Virus record (IMG/VR): IMGVR_UViG_3300009500_000011
Coordinates: 40,585 to 104,584 of that record
Length of the DNA stretch: 64,000 bases
Strand: one strand, 5' to 3'
Origin: a virus
Taxonomy: Duplodnaviria; Heunggongvirae; Uroviricota; Caudoviricetes
The notes under the pieces are model-generated. The model was not told the origin of the DNA, did not search any database, and worked only from the letters and a program-made list of their open reading frames with translations. A program made the translations under genes and the position numbers. This document shows positions 57,982 to 64,000 of the stretch, in pieces (within the stretch, counting starts at the first letter, position 1; the number at the start of each line of letters is the position of its first letter).

Positions 57982-57989
57982 AATTATAA

Positions 57990-58101
57990 ATGGACCCTGT
58001 GTTCCACAGCCTTACATTTAGTCCATGTACTATTTAGGTTAGAAATTCACAGCCCTAGTCGATGTGCAAATCAAGTTGACCACTTGAGCCTCGGCTAGGG
58101 T
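57990..58101 (+). ncRNA. Structured RNA element (two nested hairpins) in the infC leader
   Basis: ATGGAC/GTCCAT enclosing CTGTG/CACAG; GCCCTAGTCGA/TCGGCTAGGGT enclosing TCAAGT/ACTTGA. GC-rich relative to the genome. Confidence 0.5.
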
Positions 58102-58135
58102 ATTAATTTTTAAAATAATTTGGAGATAAATAGTC

Positions 58136-58618
58136 ATTAGTAAAGATAGCAACAAAATAAATAACGAAATTCGTTCTCGTCAAGTTTATTTGATTGATGA
58201 ATCAGGAAATAATTTAGGTATTACTGATACTTATAAAGCCATGTATATGGCTTCAAATGTGGGATTAGATTTAGTCGAAGTTGCTCAAAAAGATAATTTA
58301 CCATTATGCAAGATTCTTGACTATGGTAAATACAAATATGAACAAGCAAAAACTAAGAAATCACAACAACCTAAAAACATCGTAAAAGAACTTAAAATGA
58401 GTCCTCGTATTGATAGCCATGATATTGAAATTAAAATTAAAAAAGTAAAAGAATGGTTACAAGACGGGTGTAAAGTTTACGTTGCTATTCAGTTTCGTGG
58501 TCGTGAAAATACACATCACGAAAATGGCTATAATATTATTAATAAATTCACACCTTTAGGTAATTCGACACAGCCAAAATTAGAAGGTAATACTCTTTCA
58601 ATTTGGTTAACAAGGTAA
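58136..58618 (+). CDS. infC: Translation initiation factor IF3 with AUU start
   Basis: 'INNEIRSRQVYLIDESG', 'LDLVEV', 'CKILDYGKYKYEQ', 'KELKM' and 'FRGRE'. In-frame ATT at 58136 lies after GGAG and an in-frame TAA at 58127. Confidence 0.92.
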   Translation: MSKDSNKINNEIRSRQVYLIDESGNNLGITDTYKAMYMASNVGLDLVEVAQKDNLPLCKILDYGKYKYEQAKTKKSQQPKNIVKELKMSPRIDSHDIEIKIKKVKEWLQDGCKVYVAIQFRGRENTHHENGYNIINKFTPLGNSTQPKLEGNTLSIWLTR

Positions 58619-58624
58619 ATTGAT

Positions 58625-58993
58625 ATGTTTATTGTAGACCGTAATAAAGAAAATATTGTACTATCAATTCCTTACAATTTAGCTATGGAAGTAACAACAT
58701 CTATTTTACAGTCTGTCGTTTGTATGCTAAATGATATTCGTCTAAATAAGATGTTAATATCTAAGCAAGAACTAGAAAGAATTAATTTTTCAGTTAATAC
58801 GTTGGTTAATTTTGCGAATGAGTTAAGTCATCCAAATATGATTAGATTGGGTTATCAAGAAGTGTTGCAACATTTAATGGAAACAATATTAATTGCATAT
58901 AACAAACAAAATTTTAAACAATGTGATGATATTTTAAAGAAAATTGAAAAGTTATTAACAGAAGAAAATGAAAATTTAAATGTACAATCCTAA
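58625..58993 (+). CDS. Hypothetical protein
   Basis: 122-aa ORF in the operon. Confidence 0.55.
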   Translation: MFIVDRNKENIVLSIPYNLAMEVTTSILQSVVCMLNDIRLNKMLISKQELERINFSVNTLVNFANELSHPNMIRLGYQEVLQHLMETILIAYNKQNFKQCDDILKKIEKLLTEENENLNVQS

Positions 58994-59603
58994 TTATTAT
59001 TTTGTATTTGATTTAGAAACTTTAGGTTTAAATCAAAGAATTCATCAAGTTATCGAGATTGGTGGAGTTTTGGTCGAGGGTGATACTTTAGAATTAGTTA
59101 TGGACCCTTTTAGACAACTTGTTAAACCACAATTTCCGGTTGCTGTTGATGATAGGGCGCTTAAAGTTAACAATCTAACATTAGATGAAATATACAAACA
59201 TGGCGTTACTCAGCTAGAATCTTTAATGATGTTGACGGAGTGGTTAAAGAGTTATTCGGCAAATACAATGCAAATAGAACCTGTTTGTAATAATAAAACG
59301 TTTGATATTCCTCGGTTAGAACAAATGTATTTAGATAATGGATTAAATTTGCCGTGGCATTATGCTCATAAATGGGATGTAAAAGATATGGCACGGGATT
59401 TTAGTTTGCCTTTAGAAAAAATAAGTTTAGAAACTCTTTGTAATTATTTTAATGTACCATATGTAAATGGTCATTCAGCAGTTAATGACGCGGTTATGAC
59501 GGCTTATAATTTTATTAAATTAGAAAAAATTCGCCGAGCAGTAGGTAGTGTTCTTCACGAAGCACCTTTATTTATAGAATTCATTAATAATTTAAAGCAA
59601 TAG
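58980..59603 (+). CDS. DEDDh 3'-5' exonuclease (DnaQ/epsilon-like)
   Basis: Exo I FDLETLG, Exo II NNKTFD, Exo III HSAVND. Confidence 0.88.
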   Translation: MYNPNYYFVFDLETLGLNQRIHQVIEIGGVLVEGDTLELVMDPFRQLVKPQFPVAVDDRALKVNNLTLDEIYKHGVTQLESLMMLTEWLKSYSANTMQIEPVCNNKTFDIPRLEQMYLDNGLNLPWHYAHKWDVKDMARDFSLPLEKISLETLCNYFNVPYVNGHSAVNDAVMTAYNFIKLEKIRRAVGSVLHEAPLFIEFINNLKQ

Positions 59604-59653
59604 CGTATACCTATTATGTAACTCTTTCTTCTTTTTAAGAGATAGGTGACATA

Positions 59654-60076
59654 ATGGAAATACAGCCGCCTAAAAATCTAAATGAAGTTTTAAAAGAAAA
59701 TCTTCCTGAAAAACCTAATATATTATTAAGATTTGCAAAAATATTAGGAACACCAATATTTATTATATGTTTGACAATATTTTTTGCTTTTTGGTTAATA
59801 GGAAATACGGTGCTTTCGGTATTTTTCCATATAAATATAGACCCTGCTCCTTTTCTATTAATTTCTACTTCAATTAATATTTATTCGGCATATACGATTT
59901 CAGTATTGATGATGGCAGAAACAGAACAAAGAAAACGCGACGAAATTGAAAATAATCATAAACACGAAATAAATAAGCAAACCCATGATATTTCAGTTAC
60001 TACTCTAAAAACTTTAAAAGCCGTATATCATGATTTAAAAAATACAATTATTAAAATTAATGATAAGGAAATTTAA
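59654..60076 (+). CDS. Two-TM membrane protein (DUF1003-like)
   Basis: Two hydrophobic helices with 'DPAPFLLI' and 'VLMMAETEQRKRD'. Confidence 0.55.
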   Translation: MEIQPPKNLNEVLKENLPEKPNILLRFAKILGTPIFIICLTIFFAFWLIGNTVLSVFFHINIDPAPFLLISTSINIYSAYTISVLMMAETEQRKRDEIENNHKHEINKQTHDISVTTLKTLKAVYHDLKNTIIKINDKEI

Positions 60077-60079
60077 ATT

Positions 60080-60394
60080 TTGGAAATCAAAGAAATGATA
60101 ATTATTAACGGCTCATTACCCATTGTTCGTAAAGAAGAAACAATGCCAGCATTTGTTTATAATCCGAATGAACAATATACGTTTATTTCTCCTGGTAAGA
60201 ATTCATATTTTGTTTCATATTGGCGAGTAAAGAAACTAGATGTTGAAAATTGGATTGATAAAATGAAAAAAAATCCTCCAAATCCAGATGCTGAATATAA
60301 TGCTATTTTTCTTACATATTTAGATGAAGATGGGGGCGAACCACGTTTTGGTGCCTCTATTTTTCAAGTCGGAAAGTCAATAAACGAAGAATAA
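60080..60394 (+). CDS. Hypothetical protein
   Basis: TTG start after an AAGGA SD. Confidence 0.45.
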   Translation: MEIKEMIIINGSLPIVRKEETMPAFVYNPNEQYTFISPGKNSYFVSYWRVKKLDVENWIDKMKKNPPNPDAEYNAIFLTYLDEDGGEPRFGASIFQVGKSINEE

Positions 60395-60816
60395 TGGAAA
60401 ATAAAGATAAATCTTATATTAAACCTTTACAAAAAGATTTGCTTTTGATTGCAAAAGAACAACTTGGCGATGATAAAGATATTAAAGATTTAGAATATAT
60501 TATTAAAAAAAATTATGGATTGACTTATGAGCAGTTTGCGGAATCTCGAAATCAATTTATAAATAAACATGAAAATCCGACAAATTTAGATTTTCATAAT
60601 TATTTAATTAATCAAATATTTATTGATTTGGTTGGAAGAGGTTATTTGTCTTTGGGTAATATAACAACAAAAGAACTACAATATGTAATAACAGATAAAG
60701 CAACTTCCACGATGGTTGATATTATTTTAAATAAAAATCATTTGTTGCCTAAAGATATTCCTTATAATGCACATTTAGCGTTAATTTGTTTTAGAAATTT
60801 AGATTTATTACCATGA
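60394..60816 (+). CDS. Hypothetical protein
   Basis: Coupled ORF. Confidence 0.5.
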   Translation: MENKDKSYIKPLQKDLLLIAKEQLGDDKDIKDLEYIIKKNYGLTYEQFAESRNQFINKHENPTNLDFHNYLINQIFIDLVGRGYLSLGNITTKELQYVITDKATSTMVDIILNKNHLLPKDIPYNAHLALICFRNLDLLP

Positions 60817-61310
60817 TAAAATTTAATCCTATGAATGGCAATATTTTGATTCGTTTTCCTAAAAAATATGACGAATTAGAAACAAGTTCTGGTATTATCC
60901 TTCCGCTTGTTGAACAAGATATTAATGTCGCTGAAGTAGTTTCTGTTCCTGAAAATAAGACATATATTATGACAGCCCGTGAAGATGATGGCACATATAT
61001 AAGAAATGAAGATGGCTCAGTTAAAGAAGTTGTTGGACATGTATGGGTTGAACCTGGTGATAAAGTAATTCTTGAAAAGAAAAAACATGCTGATTATGAT
61101 ATTCGACAAAGAAACGTTACAGATAGAACTTTCTTTTTAGATGAATATACTCGTCAAATGAACGATGATTACGAATACTATATAACTAAAAGTGAAGATA
61201 TATTAGTTGCAGTTGAAGGTGATATACCACGTTCTAATGATGTTCATGGTTACTTATTTAGTCAAATACCTCCTAAGCCGGTATACCGTAAACCAGATGC
61301 TTCTGATTAA
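60813..61310 (+). CDS. groES: GroES/Cpn10-like co-chaperonin with insertions
   Basis: 'FNPMNGNILI', mobile loop 'TSSGIILP', 'AEVVSV', 'VEPGDKVI' and 'SEDILVAVE'. Confidence 0.8.
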   Translation: MIKFNPMNGNILIRFPKKYDELETSSGIILPLVEQDINVAEVVSVPENKTYIMTAREDDGTYIRNEDGSVKEVVGHVWVEPGDKVILEKKKHADYDIRQRNVTDRTFFLDEYTRQMNDDYEYYITKSEDILVAVEGDIPRSNDVHGYLFSQIPPKPVYRKPDASD

Positions 61311-63843
61311 AGTAGGTTTAGAAGAAAGCCAGATTATAGGTAATCTTACACCAAGACTTAAGTATGAACTTAAGTCTTCTTTGTCTTATCAAAATCAAGG
61401 CCAAATTATTCAACGTAATATTATGAAAAAAAAATTAGGATATATTCCTAAGCATTTAAAATGGTCGGGAATAATTTATCTTTATAATGAAACAAAAAAT
61501 ACTTTTCCTACTGGGTTACTTAAAAAAGTAAAAAAAATTATTGAATCTCATGGGGAAAATTGGTCCGAAGTTATAGAATATAACATACCTCAATCTCATC
61601 AATGTAATATTGTTTCGATGGGCGATAAACCTCTACGGTTTTATCAAATTGATGGGATTCAAGCAATTAAAGATAATATGCGCGGAATTATTCGCATAGG
61701 AACCGGAGGTGGAAAAGCCTTATGTCTTGATACCGAAGTTTTAACTACTACTGGATATAAAAAAATGAGAGATATAAATTTGCAAGATGAAGTTATAACT
61801 CCCGAAGGCAAATCTAAAGTGATTGGAATTTATCCACAAGGCATTCAAGATGTTTACCGTATAACTTTTAGTGATGGAACTTCAACAAAATCAACGCTTG
61901 ACCATTTATGGGCCGTTAGGTCTGCTAAAGAAAAATATAAAAATAAACCTTATAAAATAAAATCGCTTAAAGAAATTTTAAATATTGGGTTAACAAGGAA
62001 AAATTGTCCAAATTCCTCTCAAAATTTTATTCCTATAACTCAACCAATTAAAAATTTTGAAAGCACAAATAATTTACCAATAGACCCATATTTATTGGGT
62101 GTATTAATTGGAGACGGCAGTTTGTGTCATGGTTTATCTTTTACAAACATAGATGATGAAATTATTCAATCAGTTAAGAATTTGATTCCTAATGGAATGA
62201 AAGTTTCTCAAATAAAAAATTCTATTAGTTATCGAATTTCTAATATAAATCCTAATAGTCAAAAAAAGAATCAAATTAAAAAATATTTAGAATCTAAAAA
62301 TTTAAACGTAAAATCAGAATTTAAATTTGTACCAGATGAATATTTATATGCTTCTTTGGAAAATAGAGTCGCACTTCTTCAGGGTTTACTTGATACCGAT
62401 GGCGGTATTGAAATGGGACGCAAGGTGTCATTTTCAACGTCATCTGAACAACTTGCTAAAGACGTTCAATTTTTAGTTCAATCTTTAGGTGGTACGGCAA
62501 AAATATCAAAACGAAAAACAACTCATTTACCTTCGTATCGAATGAATTTATGTTTGCCTAATGAAATTAAACCTTTTCGTTTATCTCGAAAAGCTAATCA
62601 AGTTAAAAATAGAATTAAATATTTTCCCCGTCGAGCAATAAAAAAAGTTGAATATGTTGGAAAAGAAGAAGTTCAATGTATAAAAATAGAAGATTCTAAA
62701 GGTTTGTTTTTAATTAACGATTGTATAGTTACACATAATACAATTATGGCTATCAATGCCGCAGCAGAAATTTGTCAATTACCATTTTTGTTTGTTGTCA
62801 ACCGTGTTTCTTTACTTAAACAGGCTCATAAAGATTTTGAAAAATTTTTAGGTGAAAAAATAGGATTTATTGGTGATGGGCAAATGTCTTTTGGTCGCTT
62901 TAATATTGCTACGGTTCATACTCTTTGTTCAATATTGAACATTGACTATAACGATGATGATACCGATGAAAAAACTTTTACATATACGCCCGAACAAATA
63001 GAAATATTGTTGGCTTTATTAAAGTCAACCCGTATGGTAGTTGTTGATGAATGTCATCATGCTGCCTCCGATATGTATAGAAAATTGATGAAAAATCTTC
63101 CAAACGCTATATATCGTATTGGATTAAGTGCAACACCATTTAGAACCGATGGATTAGATTTACTTTTAACTTCTGCTTTTGGTGATGTTCTTTACAATAT
63201 TTCTGCCAGCGAATTAATAAGATTAAAATATTTAGTTAAACCTTATATTCGAGTTGTTTTATATAAAGACCAAGAACTTGGAGAAAAATTTCCAACAGAA
63301 CAAAAACCAGGTAAAAGAAAAGCAAATTACAATACAGTTTATAAAGAATGTGTTGTTGAAAACCAAAAATTTAATACAATTGTTGCAAAATTAGCGATAA
63401 CACACGCCAAAGTAAATGAACAGGTTCTTATTTCTGTAAAGCAAGTTACGCATGGGGAAAATATATTAAAGATAATAAAATCAATATATCCTGATGCACC
63501 TGTTGAATTTTTGCATGGTAAAAACAAAAAAGAACTAGGTGACGAAGCAGTTATTAAGAGATTCTCAGAAAGAGAGACTAAGATATTAATTAGCACCTTG
63601 TTTGATGAAGGTGTTGATATTCCGGCAATTGATGTGGCTATTGATGCTGGTGGCGGTATAAGCCCAATTAAAATGCTCCAATTAGTTGGTCGTGCAATAA
63701 GATTAAATGAAGGGAAAGAAAGGGCAATTATTTATGTTTTTGCTCAACCTTATACACATTTAATGAAACATTCTGTTGAACGAATTAATATCCTAAAAAC
63801 AGAAGAAGAATTTGTTATTGAAAAATTAGAATGGGATAAATAA
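61297..63843 (+). CDS. Superfamily 2 helicase (UvsW-like) interrupted by an intein
   Basis: GTGGGK|intein|T, VVDECHH, GLSATP and 'FDEGVDIP...QLVGRAIR'. ATG at 61297 is preferred. Confidence 0.9.
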   Translation: MLLIKVGLEESQIIGNLTPRLKYELKSSLSYQNQGQIIQRNIMKKKLGYIPKHLKWSGIIYLYNETKNTFPTGLLKKVKKIIESHGENWSEVIEYNIPQSHQCNIVSMGDKPLRFYQIDGIQAIKDNMRGIIRIGTGGGKALCLDTEVLTTTGYKKMRDINLQDEVITPEGKSKVIGIYPQGIQDVYRITFSDGTSTKSTLDHLWAVRSAKEKYKNKPYKIKSLKEILNIGLTRKNCPNSSQNFIPITQPIKNFESTNNLPIDPYLLGVLIGDGSLCHGLSFTNIDDEIIQSVKNLIPNGMKVSQIKNSISYRISNINPNSQKKNQIKKYLESKNLNVKSEFKFVPDEYLYASLENRVALLQGLLDTDGGIEMGRKVSFSTSSEQLAKDVQFLVQSLGGTAKISKRKTTHLPSYRMNLCLPNEIKPFRLSRKANQVKNRIKYFPRRAIKKVEYVGKEEVQCIKIEDSKGLFLINDCIVTHNTIMAINAAAEICQLPFLFVVNRVSLLKQAHKDFEKFLGEKIGFIGDGQMSFGRFNIATVHTLCSILNIDYNDDDTDEKTFTYTPEQIEILLALLKSTRMVVVDECHHAASDMYRKLMKNLPNAIYRIGLSATPFRTDGLDLLLTSAFGDVLYNISASELIRLKYLVKPYIRVVLYKDQELGEKFPTEQKPGKRKANYNTVYKECVVENQKFNTIVAKLAITHAKVNEQVLISVKQVTHGENILKIIKSIYPDAPVEFLHGKNKKELGDEAVIKRFSERETKILISTLFDEGVDIPAIDVAIDAGGGISPIKMLQLVGRAIRLNEGKERAIIYVFAQPYTHLMKHSVERINILKTEEEFVIEKLEWDK
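61717..62739 (+). mobile_element. Class 3 intein (341 aa) with a LAGLIDADG homing endonuclease, inserted in Walker A
   Basis: Begins ALCLDTEV and ends VTHN before Thr+1. WCT signature present (DHLW, VQCI, THN). LAGLIDADG motifs LLGVLIGDG and LLQGLLDTDG. Confidence 0.92.
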
Positions 63844-64000
63844 TGAAATTAGTAAATTCAAAAAAATTAGAATTAGAGGCTTTAGGATTTTCTACATTTG
63901 TAGGTTTGTCCTTTTCTATTCTTGCTTATATTCTTTTTATGGAAGCATTCAACTATAGATTGATTTTTAAATTAGGAACAGAAGATGAACCACCTACTCA
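63843..64000 (+). CDS. Hypothetical membrane protein (3'-truncated)
   Basis: ATG overlaps the helicase TAA; the frame is open to the window end and contains a hydrophobic stretch. Confidence 0.45.
   Translation, partial: MKLVNSKKLELEALGFSTFVGLSFSILAYILFMEAFNYRLIFKLGTEDEPPT

Noticed and set aside
57982-58135. tRNA or L20 ribosomal leader
   Set aside because: No cloverleaf or TTCGA loop, no rpmI/rplT downstream, and no similarity I could recognise. Kept only as an unknown structured element.
61207-61296. N-terminal extensions given by the track for the helicase (also 42285, 49613, 53019 and 55846)
   Set aside because: They overlap upstream or opposite-strand genes, or lack an SD. Downstream ATGs with an SD or stop-start coupling fit better.
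68-63596. Short overlapping or antisense ORFs in the track (for example 68-265, 2960-3142, 20229-20426, 26234-26518, 46919-47314, 48699-49013, 63339-63596)
   Set aside because: They are shadow frames of well-supported genes, with no SD or recognisable motif.
1-64000. Stop-codon reassignment, as seen in some large phages
   Set aside because: Long conserved ORFs are intact under code 11, and TAA, TAG and TGA all end genes.
1-64000. CRISPR array or rRNA
   Set aside because: No regularly spaced direct repeats or rRNA-like sequence; intergenic gaps are mostly under 160 nt.

Overview
AT-rich (about 30% GC by eye), gene-dense, genetic code 11 segment of what is most likely a large (jumbo-type) myovirus genome. 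No capsid, terminase, integrase, rRNA, tRNA or CRISPR array was seen. It has three blocks. (1) 1-24051 (+): contractile tail/baseplate module with the tape-measure end, tube initiator, a hub fused to lytic transglycosylase and M23 domains, a gpV-type spike, gp25-like, baseplate J, a large wedge protein and two paralogous Ig/IPT-rich fibre-like proteins. (2) 24076-49549 (-): two tandem sigma70-type factors, a DnaE polymerase split into two genes without an intein, peptide deformylase, a Ycf46-AAA/DUF2997/DUF1257 module, HNH, ThyX, a C25-like protease, 5'-3' exonuclease, SbcCD, two RuvC, HU, glycosyltransferase, HAD, RecA and gp32-like SSB. (3) 49676-64000 (+): putative initiator, DnaC-like loader, DnaB, a LAGLIDADG-dUTPase fusion, Ser/Thr phosphatase, ClpP, IF3 with an AUU start, DEDDh exonuclease, an enlarged GroES and an SF2 helicase with a class 3 intein. 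The main oddities are the split DnaE whose active-site residues lie on two polypeptides, the phage infC that keeps the AUU start behind a structured leader, the homing endonuclease-dUTPase fusion, and the apparent total absence of GATC. All family calls come from motif recognition by eye; no database search was run.
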